NCBI GenBank assembly: GCA_038064735.1
Contig: JBBTSI010000001.1
Location: forward strand, 22,012 to 86,011
Length of the DNA stretch: 64,000 nucleotides
Direction of reading: 5' to 3'
Source of the DNA: Patescibacteria group bacterium
GTDB taxonomy: Bacteria; Patescibacteriota; Minisyncoccia; Phycocordibacterales; WO2-35-19
The notes beneath the pieces were generated by a model that was not told the origin of the DNA, searched no databases, and saw nothing but the letters and a program-made list of their open reading frames with translations. The position numbers and the translations under genes were made by a program. Positions 9,410-17,590 of the stretch are shown here, in pieces (positions within the stretch are counted from its first letter, which is position 1; every line of letters starts with the position of its first letter).

Positions 9410-11368
9410 ATGAAAAAAATCACTCACATTATTATTTCACTGGTACTTATAATGCTTTTTTTATATTTCTCCAACATTATCCCTTCTTTTTCATATTCTC
9501 GCATTCAAGCAGTAAATGCTCTAAAAATGCAGTTGTATTCTATACCGGAGCTGGGATCTAATTATAAACAAGACGGTACGAGTTTGATATTAAATAATAT
9601 AGAAGATAAAGACTTGAGAGTCAGCATTGGTGATGCTCGTGGTAAAGAATTTAAACCCGAATTGAACCTAGACAAGTGGCAGGGTGAAGTCAAAATGAAA
9701 ATATCAGCCCCTACAGATAGTCAAGAGGTGAGTTTCGATAAAGAAAAAATAAAAATAAACACAGAAAATATCGAATACAGAATGTATGATATAAGTACCG
9801 CCGAAAATTCTGGTAAATTTGAATTGGATGCTATCGTCAAAGAAAAACCCAATACAGATGTTTTTGAATGGAATATTGAAACTGAAAATTTAGATTTTTT
9901 CTACCAAGCTCCTCTCGACGAGGAACGAGAGAGGAGTTTGTCCCGCGGAGCTTCAGCGGAGTGGGACGGCGTCACTTGCATCCCTACAGAATGTAAAAAC
10001 AAACAAGGAATACCAGTGATGCAACGTCCTGAAAATGTCGTCGGTTCTTATGCTGTTTATTACAAAGGAGGCAAGAGTGGAGACTATTCAAAAATGGGGG
10101 GCAAAAATTACAAAACTGGTAAAGCTTTCCATATTTATCGACCCCTCGTCACAGATGCGAAAGGCAAAAAAGTTTGGGGAACATTAAATGTTGACACAAA
10201 AACAAACAAGCTTTCCGTCACTATCTCCAAATCTTTTCTTAACTCCGCTACTTATCCTATTATCGTTGACCCGACATTTGGATATGAAGGGTCAGGAGAA
10301 ACTGAATTAACTAGTATTAATAACAGAGCTTATTTGTCCCTTGGTATCCCTGTAGAAGGGGGTGGAACTGTAAATACTGTAAAAATTAGTGCAAGAAAGG
10401 TACCTGCATCGATGAGTGATAGTGTTGGCAAGGGGGTAATATGGTTAAATTCTAATGGGACCATAATTACAAATGGAGTAGGGGGAACCGTTACTATAAA
10501 TAATGCAACAAAGCAATGGTGGACAATGACATATACTACTGTTCCGACAATTATTAACGGAACACCATATCTTGTTGGAGTGGTATTGGATGGGACTAAT
10601 GCAAATTTATATTATGATTCAGGTTCTTCTGGAGAAGGTGGATATGATACTAATGTTTATGCAACTCCAGAAAATTTAGATGCAGTCCCGGCTACTAACA
10701 GTACTTATAAATTTGGTATTTACGCTACCTACACTGTTACTCCTAAACCTGCTGGTTCGGTGCAAATAAAAAGCGGTGTAAAAATCAAAGGTGGTGTTGG
10801 TATTGGGGGTGCCAAAATAACTAACCCAGCATCACAATCACTAGTAGTTACTGATAATTTTAATCGTGCAGACGAAAACCCACTTGGAAATGGAAATTGG
10901 ACTGTAGCTACTGGATTTCAACCACTTAAAATTGTTAACAATCAAGTTCAACCAGCTTTCGCGTTTGGTATTACTCAAATAGAATATTGGTCAAGTAATA
11001 CATTTAATGATAACCAGTATTCACAAGCAACAATTGTTAATCTTGCTAACGCTTGTGGCCTTGCTCTTAATTTTTCGGGTAATAATGGTTACACTGCTTG
11101 GTATCATGGTTCAGATGACGTCAGACTCCAACAAGTTACTAATGGTACTCCTACTACACTCACAACTTGGGGTAGTCTTGGTATAGGTGCAGGTCAGGTC
11201 ATGAAATTGACTAATGTGGGGGGTGTTATAACTCTTTATTTAAATGGATCACAAAAAGGTACATATGATGACTCTGCCAGTCCTGTTACCGGTGGTTCTC
11301 CTGGTCTTGAGACTTATGGTACTAGTTTTGTAGCTACTTTTGATGATTGGGAGGGGGGGAATATATAA
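9410..11368 (+). CDS. Secreted or surface protein with a C-terminal jelly-roll-like domain shared with the 17591 gene
   Basis: Signal anchor at the N-terminus. The C-terminal ~185 aa (LVVTDNFNRADENPLGNGNW...NDNQYSQ...FDDWEGG) align to the C-terminus of the 17591..19966 protein. Confidence 0.45.
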   Translation: MKKITHIIISLVLIMLFLYFSNIIPSFSYSRIQAVNALKMQLYSIPELGSNYKQDGTSLILNNIEDKDLRVSIGDARGKEFKPELNLDKWQGEVKMKISAPTDSQEVSFDKEKIKINTENIEYRMYDISTAENSGKFELDAIVKEKPNTDVFEWNIETENLDFFYQAPLDEERERSLSRGASAEWDGVTCIPTECKNKQGIPVMQRPENVVGSYAVYYKGGKSGDYSKMGGKNYKTGKAFHIYRPLVTDAKGKKVWGTLNVDTKTNKLSVTISKSFLNSATYPIIVDPTFGYEGSGETELTSINNRAYLSLGIPVEGGGTVNTVKISARKVPASMSDSVGKGVIWLNSNGTIITNGVGGTVTINNATKQWWTMTYTTVPTIINGTPYLVGVVLDGTNANLYYDSGSSGEGGYDTNVYATPENLDAVPATNSTYKFGIYATYTVTPKPAGSVQIKSGVKIKGGVGIGGAKITNPASQSLVVTDNFNRADENPLGNGNWTVATGFQPLKIVNNQVQPAFAFGITQIEYWSSNTFNDNQYSQATIVNLANACGLALNFSGNNGYTAWYHGSDDVRLQQVTNGTPTTLTTWGSLGIGAGQVMKLTNVGGVITLYLNGSQKGTYDDSASPVTGGSPGLETYGTSFVATFDDWEGGNI

Positions 11369-11497
11369 TTGAGGTATCCACTTTACATTGTTTATTTTTA
11401 GTTAGATTGCGTTAAAATAGATAGTGAGTATAACAAAAATAAATAGAACAAAAAGTAAGAATTATTAATATTTTTAATATCTAAATTATTTAAATAT

Positions 11498-11965
11498 ATG
11501 GAAGAAGAAAAAATACAGTCGGTTCAAAATCCAGCACCAACACAGGTGCCGGTAGAAGCTGACAAAAAGAAAAAAATATTTCTTATGATTGCTGGGATTG
11601 TTGCAGTTTTGGTTTTAATTGCTGTTTTGTTTGTTTATCAAGTTGGTTCCAAATCTGGCAAGGCCACTGTTACTTGGAATCCAAATACCGAACCTGATCT
11701 TGCTGGTTATAAAGTTTATTATGGTACATCGGCACGCACCGGTGACTGCCCTAAAGATGGTGGTTATAAACAAAATATAGATGTAGGTAAAGTTACCGAG
11801 TATCAGTTGACTGGACTGAGAAATGACAATACTTATTATTTCTCAATGACTTCATATGATAAGAGTGGCAACGAAAGCTGTTTTTCTGCTGAAGTAAAAA
11901 AGATGATTGATAAAAATTCTGTATCGGAAAAAATAAATTTGGCCTTAGCAATTTTTGGCCTTTAA
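11498..11965 (+). CDS. Membrane-anchored single FN3-like domain protein
   Basis: N-terminal TM (IFLMIAGIVAVLVLIAVLFV), then KATVTWNPNTEPDLAGYKVYYGTSARTG...YYFSMTSYDKSGNES, an FN3-like pattern that appears to begin at strand B. Confidence 0.5.
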   Translation: MEEEKIQSVQNPAPTQVPVEADKKKKIFLMIAGIVAVLVLIAVLFVYQVGSKSGKATVTWNPNTEPDLAGYKVYYGTSARTGDCPKDGGYKQNIDVGKVTEYQLTGLRNDNTYYFSMTSYDKSGNESCFSAEVKKMIDKNSVSEKINLALAIFGL

Positions 11966-11983
11966 AAATAATCTAAAATAATA

Positions 11984-13405
11984 ATGAAATATAAATACAT
12001 ATTAATAACAGCTTTTGTCGCTATCAGTTTTTTGTCTGTAGGTCACAAAGCTTCAGCTGGTTCAGCGACTGTTAGTTGGTATGCTAATAGTGAACCAGAT
12101 TTAGCGGGCTACAGAGTTTATTATGGGACTTCAGCCAGGACGGGGACTAATCCGAATACTTGTACTTTGTGTGGGTATTCTACATACCAAACAGTTACCG
12201 GTGCAACAACATATACTTTTAACAGTTTAACTGATGGAGTATCTTATTATTTTTCAGTGGCTGCTTATGATACTACCGGTAATGTGAGTGCTTTTTCGAG
12301 TGAAGTAAGTAAAGCTATTCCAGCTGTAGGAGGGGATGTCACTGCTCCAACTGTGCCTTCAAGCCTTGCCGCATCGGCTGTTTCTTCATCACAAATCAAC
12401 CTAACATGGACGGCTTCATCCGATGCTGTAGGTGTCACGGGGTACCGAGTAGAGAGATGTTCTGGAGCCGGTTGTTCAAATTTTGCTCAAATAGCAACAC
12501 CTTCAAGCAATTCTTATAATGATACTTCGCTTTCTGCAAGTACTGCTTATAGCTATCGGATAAGAGCTCATGATGCTGTACCAAACTTATCAGGTTATTC
12601 TTCTACAGCAAGTGCTACGACTCAAGCAGCAGCTGTTACCCCAGTTACACCTCCTCCTAGTAGTAGTGGCGGTGGCGGTGGCGGTGGCGGTGGAGGTGGT
12701 GGGGGCGGAGGCGGAGGAAGTTCTAATGTTGTTACTACTACAAACATTGTGGTTGTACCAATAACTACTCGTTTAGTTTTAGGTTCAGTTGGTACCGAAG
12801 TCACATCTCTGCAAAACTTTTTGGTTAAACAAGGTTACTTAACAGCAAGCAGTGTTACTGGTTCATTTAACTTGGCAACTCAAGTTGCTGTTCAGTCATT
12901 CCAAAAAGCAAATAGCATAGTCATTTCAGGTACTCCAGATACTACTGGTTTCGGAGCAGTCGGTCCAACAACACGAGCTAAAATTAACTCTTTACTTGTA
13001 ATATCACCTGTTGGATCTGTTACAGCAGGGGTACCAGTTAATACAATAATAATTCCTCTTTCTAGAAAATTAGTTGTTGATTCTCGTGGTCCAGACGTGA
13101 TTGTTTTGCAAAATTTTTTGATAAGCAAAGGATATTTAGCTTCAGGTAATGCTTCAGGATATTTTGGTATGATGACTCGAGCCGCTGTCCAAGCTTTCCA
13201 AAGAGCAAACGGTATAGCCACTTCGGGTACTCCAGAGACGACTGGCTATGGAGCTGTAGGTCCTACAACTAGAACTAAAATAAATGCTTTGCTTGGAGGA
13301 GTTTCTTCTGTTGGTGCAACTTCAAATGTTTCCGCTCAAGCTCAACTTCAAGTTTTGCAAAAACAAGTTCAAGAACTTTTGTTGAAAATGCAAAAAACTC
13401 AATAA
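11984..13405 (+). CDS. Secreted FN3-repeat protein with poly-Gly linker and two peptidoglycan-binding (PG_binding_1-like) domains
   Basis: Signal peptide, then FN3-like units (SATVSWYANSEPDLAGYRVYYG; TAPTVPSSLAASAVSSSQINLTWTASSDAVGVTGYRVERC), an S/G17/S linker, and two repeats of LVLGSVGTEVTSLQNFLVKQGYL...GTPDTTGFGAVGPTTRAKIN resembling PG-binding domains. Confidence 0.55.
   Translation: MKYKYILITAFVAISFLSVGHKASAGSATVSWYANSEPDLAGYRVYYGTSARTGTNPNTCTLCGYSTYQTVTGATTYTFNSLTDGVSYYFSVAAYDTTGNVSAFSSEVSKAIPAVGGDVTAPTVPSSLAASAVSSSQINLTWTASSDAVGVTGYRVERCSGAGCSNFAQIATPSSNSYNDTSLSASTAYSYRIRAHDAVPNLSGYSSTASATTQAAAVTPVTPPPSSSGGGGGGGGGGGGGGGGGSSNVVTTTNIVVVPITTRLVLGSVGTEVTSLQNFLVKQGYLTASSVTGSFNLATQVAVQSFQKANSIVISGTPDTTGFGAVGPTTRAKINSLLVISPVGSVTAGVPVNTIIIPLSRKLVVDSRGPDVIVLQNFLISKGYLASGNASGYFGMMTRAAVQAFQRANGIATSGTPETTGYGAVGPTTRTKINALLGGVSSVGATSNVSAQAQLQVLQKQVQELLLKMQKTQ
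12668..12718 (+). repeat. (GGC/GGT/GGA)17 simple sequence repeat encoding a poly-glycine tract
   Basis: The direct sequence is ggcggtggcggtggcggtggcggtggaggtggtgggggcggaggcggagga. The antisense poly-Pro ORF at 12622..12804 is an artefact of this repeat. Confidence 0.8.
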
Positions 13406-13422
13406 TAAATATGTTAGTATAG

Positions 13423-15111
13423 TTGGTAATGGTCAAACGCATACTAGGCATATTTCATAAGGAGATTTCTGGTCTTCATCAAGCCGCTTATCTTTTGGGA
13501 TTCTTTGCTTTATGCAGTCAAATTTTGGCTCTGGTAAGAGACAGGATTTTGGCGTCTCAATTTGGCGCCACTAGCACGTTGGATTTGTATTATGCTGCTT
13601 TCCGGATTCCGGATTTTATTTTCATCACGGTGGGTTCTATGGTGTCGGTTTCGGTTCTTATCCCGTTTATCATTGAAAGGTCACAAAAAGATGGAGACGG
13701 TGGTAAGAAATTTATCAGCAATATTTTTTCTTTTTTCTTTCTTTTTATTGTGGCGACTTGTGCTGTGGTTTTCTTTTTTGTGCCATCACTTTGTAAATAT
13801 CTTTTCCCGGGGTTTGACCCTAGCAATCTTTCCCAAGTTATTTCTTTGACCAGAGTGCTTTTGCTTTCGCCGATTTTCTTAGGGCTTTCCAATATTTTTG
13901 GTACTTTGACTCAAGCTCGCAAAAGATTTTTCCTTTTTGCTTTGAGCCCGATATTTTATAACCTCGCTATTATCGCTGGCATAATATATTTATATCCAAA
14001 ATTTGGCCTTATCGGTTTGGTTTATGGAGTGATTTTGGGCGCTTTCTTTCATTTTGCTATACAAATTCCGTTTGTGATTCAACATGGTATCTGTCCGAAA
14101 TTTGAATTTAAATATAATTGGAGCGACATAAAAAAAGTACTTTTCATCTCTGTCCCGAGGACTTTTACTCTGGGTTCCGACAATATCTCTATGATGTTTT
14201 TGATTTCTTTTGCTTCACTTATGACTGCCGGTTCTATTGCGGTTTTTAATTTTTCTTTTAATTTGCAATCAGTGCCACTCACTATCATTGGTGTGAGTTA
14301 TTCTCTGGCTGCTTTTCCTATTCTTATTCAAACTTATCTCTCTGGTGATTTGAAAAAATTTACCGAGCAGATGATAAACTCGGCACGCCATATTATTTTT
14401 TGGTCTGTTCCGATAGTGACATTGTTTATCGTCCTCAGGGCCCAAATCGTCAGGACTATTTTGGGTGCTGGGCATTTCAATTGGTATAACACTAGGCTAA
14501 CCGCAGCGGCACTGGCTATTTTTGCGGCCTCTATTATATTTCAAAATTTAACACTTTTGTTTGTCAGAGCCTATTATGCCGCCGGCAATACCAAAAAACC
14601 TTTAATCGCCAAAGGTATAAATGCTTTGTTTACAGTGGCTCTCGGGTATGGGTTTATGGTTTTGTATACCAAGTCACCTTTGTTCAAAGACATAATGGAA
14701 ACCGCTCTGCGCGTGAAAGATATTCCTGGGACAATCATTTTAACTTTGCCTCTAGGTTGGTCTATTGGAGAATTTTTCAATATGGTGGTTTTGTGGACTC
14801 TTTTTCAAAAAGATTTTAAAGGATTTTCTAAAAAAGTTATGAAAACTTTTTTCCAAATTTTTACCGCTTCGTCTGTTATGGGATTTGTGGCGTATAATCT
14901 TTTGAATATTTTTGACAAAGTTTTTGATTTAGACACAATGTTAGGAATATTTATGCAAGGATTTCTCGCGGGTCTTGGTGGTATTTTTGCCGGAGTTTTA
15001 GTTTTGTGTCTTTTCAAAAATGAAGAACTCAAAGATGTTTGGAACACTTTGCATAAAAAAATATTTAAACCAGAGACTTCTGTTATTGGTCCTGATGCCG
15101 AAATGCAATAA
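13423..15111 (+). CDS. murJ: Lipid II flippase MurJ (MviN family)
   Basis: N-terminal LGFFALCSQILALVRDRILASQFGATSTLDLYYAAFRIPDF matches the conserved MurJ start. About 14 TM segments and a typical length (562 aa). Confidence 0.7.
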   Translation: MVMVKRILGIFHKEISGLHQAAYLLGFFALCSQILALVRDRILASQFGATSTLDLYYAAFRIPDFIFITVGSMVSVSVLIPFIIERSQKDGDGGKKFISNIFSFFFLFIVATCAVVFFFVPSLCKYLFPGFDPSNLSQVISLTRVLLLSPIFLGLSNIFGTLTQARKRFFLFALSPIFYNLAIIAGIIYLYPKFGLIGLVYGVILGAFFHFAIQIPFVIQHGICPKFEFKYNWSDIKKVLFISVPRTFTLGSDNISMMFLISFASLMTAGSIAVFNFSFNLQSVPLTIIGVSYSLAAFPILIQTYLSGDLKKFTEQMINSARHIIFWSVPIVTLFIVLRAQIVRTILGAGHFNWYNTRLTAAALAIFAASIIFQNLTLLFVRAYYAAGNTKKPLIAKGINALFTVALGYGFMVLYTKSPLFKDIMETALRVKDIPGTIILTLPLGWSIGEFFNMVVLWTLFQKDFKGFSKKVMKTFFQIFTASSVMGFVAYNLLNIFDKVFDLDTMLGIFMQGFLAGLGGIFAGVLVLCLFKNEELKDVWNTLHKKIFKPETSVIGPDAEMQ

Positions 15112-15138
15112 CTGACTCTTTGTGCTTTAATACTCTCT

Positions 15139-16911
15139 ATGATGAATATCAGAAATTTTGGCATTATAGCCCACATTGATCACGGCAAATCTACTTTGGC
15201 GGATAGGATGTTGGAGCTGACTGGTACTATAGAAGCTCGCAAAATGAAGGCTCAGGTTTTGGATAATATGGAACTTGAACGCGAGCGCGGTATCACTATC
15301 AAAATGCAACCAGTGCGAATGATTTGGAAAGATTACATTTTAAATTTGATAGATACTCCAGGGCATATAGATTTTTCATATGAAGTTTCGAGGGCACTCG
15401 GGGCGGTTGAGGGTGTTGTACTTTTAGTTGATGCTACGCAGGGTGTAGAAGCGCAGACACTTTCGGTACTTACTATGGCTAAAGATTTGGGTCTTGTTAT
15501 AGTGCCGGCACTTAGCAAAATAGATTCGCCACTTTCAAGAGTGGAGGAAATAAAAGCAGAAATAGTTTCTTTATTGGGTTGCCTAGAAGAAGATATAATA
15601 GAAACTTCCGGTAAGACAGGCGAAGGTGTTGAGGCACTTTTAGAGGCAATAATAAAAAAAGTGCCTCCACCGAAAGCAACTAAAGAAAATAATTTACAGG
15701 CATTAGTTTTTGATTTTAAATATTCTACTCATAAAGGTATTATCGTTTTCGTAAGAATTATGCAAGGTGAAGTTAGAGCCAGAGAAAACTTGATTTTCAG
15801 AGTGGCTGGACAAAAATTTGTGGCTTTGGAAGTGGGTATTTTCCATCCTGAAGAAGTGGCAGTGGAGAAACTTTCTGCTGGGGAAATTGGCTACATTGTG
15901 ACCGGTATCAAAACTCCGGGTATTGTCTCGGTTGGAGACACTATTGGTAAAGAAAAAGAAATTGCTTCCGCTCTAATGGGTTATAGCGTACCGATGCCGG
16001 TGGTTTGGGCTTCAATTTTTCCTGAAGATCAAAGTGATTTGCTTTTGCTCCGTCAATCTTTGGCCAAGCTCAAACTTACCGATTCTTCTCTGTATTATGA
16101 AGAAGAATCTTCTGGAGTTTTGGGTAAAGGTTTTCGTTGTGGTTTTCTTGGGATGCTTCATCTTGAAATTATCACCGAAAGATTAAAAAGAGAATTTAAT
16201 TTGGTATTAGTCATCACTCAGCCTTCTATTACGTATGAAGTGACTTATAAAGGAGGTAAAACAGAAAAAATTTATTCGCCAGCATTTTTCCCCGAAGATG
16301 GTTTTATAGAAAAAGTTTTGGAGCCGTGGGTTAGTGCTCATATTATTGCTCCAGCTCATTATGTTGGTAGTTTACTACCTTTGCTTTATGAACATGAAGC
16401 GGAAATACTTTCTACTGAAAGTTTTGGTGACGGCAAGACCAACATAAAAGCTTTGATGCCCCTTCGTGAACTGATGCGTGGGTTTTTTGATAAATTAAAA
16501 AGCGTCTCTCAAGGTTATGCTTCGCTTTCTTATGAAAAAGCGGAGATGCGTGAAGCCAATGTGACCAAACTTGCGATTTTAATCGGCGGTGACGAAGAGC
16601 CGGCGCTTTCTCGTGTGGTTTCAAAAAGGATTGTGGAAAAAGAAGCGGAAATTTTAGTAGAAAAATTAAAAAATCTTTTGCCTAGGCAAATGTTTGAACT
16701 CAAAATTCAAGCTCAATCGGGTGGCAGGATTCTCTCTTCCCGCACCATCTCAGCTTTCCGCAAAGATGTTACTCAGCATATGTATGGTGGCGACATTACT
16801 CGCAAAATGAAATTGCGCGAAAAGCAAAAGAAAGGCAAAAAGAAAATGAAAGCCAGAGGCAAAATCTCCATCCCTCAGGAAGTGTTTATAAAAATAATGC
16901 GTCCAGATTAA
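15139..16911 (+). CDS. lepA: Translation elongation factor 4 (LepA)
   Basis: NIRNFGIIAHIDHGKSTLADRMLELTGTI G-domain start, GITIK, DTPGHIDF, and the LepA-specific C-terminal region. 590 aa. Confidence 0.9.
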   Translation: MMNIRNFGIIAHIDHGKSTLADRMLELTGTIEARKMKAQVLDNMELERERGITIKMQPVRMIWKDYILNLIDTPGHIDFSYEVSRALGAVEGVVLLVDATQGVEAQTLSVLTMAKDLGLVIVPALSKIDSPLSRVEEIKAEIVSLLGCLEEDIIETSGKTGEGVEALLEAIIKKVPPPKATKENNLQALVFDFKYSTHKGIIVFVRIMQGEVRARENLIFRVAGQKFVALEVGIFHPEEVAVEKLSAGEIGYIVTGIKTPGIVSVGDTIGKEKEIASALMGYSVPMPVVWASIFPEDQSDLLLLRQSLAKLKLTDSSLYYEEESSGVLGKGFRCGFLGMLHLEIITERLKREFNLVLVITQPSITYEVTYKGGKTEKIYSPAFFPEDGFIEKVLEPWVSAHIIAPAHYVGSLLPLLYEHEAEILSTESFGDGKTNIKALMPLRELMRGFFDKLKSVSQGYASLSYEKAEMREANVTKLAILIGGDEEPALSRVVSKRIVEKEAEILVEKLKNLLPRQMFELKIQAQSGGRILSSRTISAFRKDVTQHMYGGDITRKMKLREKQKKGKKKMKARGKISIPQEVFIKIMRPD

Positions 16912-17055
16912 TTAATTTACCCAAGGCGTATACATGAGTATCATACCTAAGACTAGGAAAATAGATATTATGTACCACGCTACTTTTATAACTTTTCGGG
17001 CTTTTGGATTCCACAACATATTGTTATTATTATAGCATATAATAAGGATAATAAC

Positions 17056-17433
17056 ATGCGAGGTATCAAGACAAAAGATAATAATAAATGGAAAAAGATA
17101 GCGGCTGTTTCAGCCTTATTTTTGGTTTTAATTATTTTGGCCAATTCGGTGCGTAAGGTATATAACAAAAGAGTTGAATCTGAAGCAACTTTGGTCCGTA
17201 TGAAAAATGAGCTGAAAAATTTGGAAGATAGGCAAAAAAATTTGAGCGCTTCTTTAGAGAGACTCAAGACTGTAGATGGTTTGGAATTTGAAATGCGTAA
17301 GAAGCTCAATGTAGCCCAAGCTGGAGAGAGTGTGGCTATTATCGTAGACTCACCAGAGCCGACCATGACTTCTGTTGTCCAAATTTCAGGCTGGCAAAAA
17401 TTTAAGAATTTTGTGGTAGGATTGTTTAAATAA
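17056..17433 (+). CDS. FtsB/DivIC-like septum formation initiator
   Basis: 125 aa: basic N-terminus, single TM, coiled-coil (LVRMKNELKNLEDRQKNLSASLERLK) and a conserved C-terminal segment. Confidence 0.5.
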   Translation: MRGIKTKDNNKWKKIAAVSALFLVLIILANSVRKVYNKRVESEATLVRMKNELKNLEDRQKNLSASLERLKTVDGLEFEMRKKLNVAQAGESVAIIVDSPEPTMTSVVQISGWQKFKNFVVGLFK

Positions 17434-17435
17434 AT

Positions 17436-17494
17436 CCTGCTTTCGCAGGCTATCGTAGCAGGCATTGCCCGCCGTAGCCTGCTACTGCAGGCGA
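17436..17494 (+). terminator. Twin hairpins between the ftsB-like gene and tRNA-Gly (terminator or tRNA-processing structure)
   Basis: cctgc-tttc-gcagg, then tagcaggc...gcctgcta (8-bp stem), immediately 5' of the tRNA. Confidence 0.35.
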
Positions 17495-17496
17495 AG

Positions 17497-17567
17497 GCGG
17501 GTATAGTTTAGTGGTATGATGCGACCTTCCCAAGGTTGAGACGCGAGTTCGATTCTCGCTACCCGCA
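17497..17567 (+). tRNA. tRNA-Gly (anticodon CCC), CCA not encoded
   Basis: GCGGGTA acceptor stem pairs with TACCCGC. Anticodon stem CGACC/GGTTG with loop TTCCCAA gives anticodon CCC. T-arm GAGTTCGATTCTC. 71 nt. Confidence 0.85.
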
Positions 17568-17590
17568 CAATAATTTGCTAAAATTGAAAG

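Noticed and set aside
12622-12804. Minus-strand ORF encoding an 18-residue poly-proline
   Set aside because: Reverse complement of the (GGN)17 glycine tract inside the 11984 gene. Antisense artefact.
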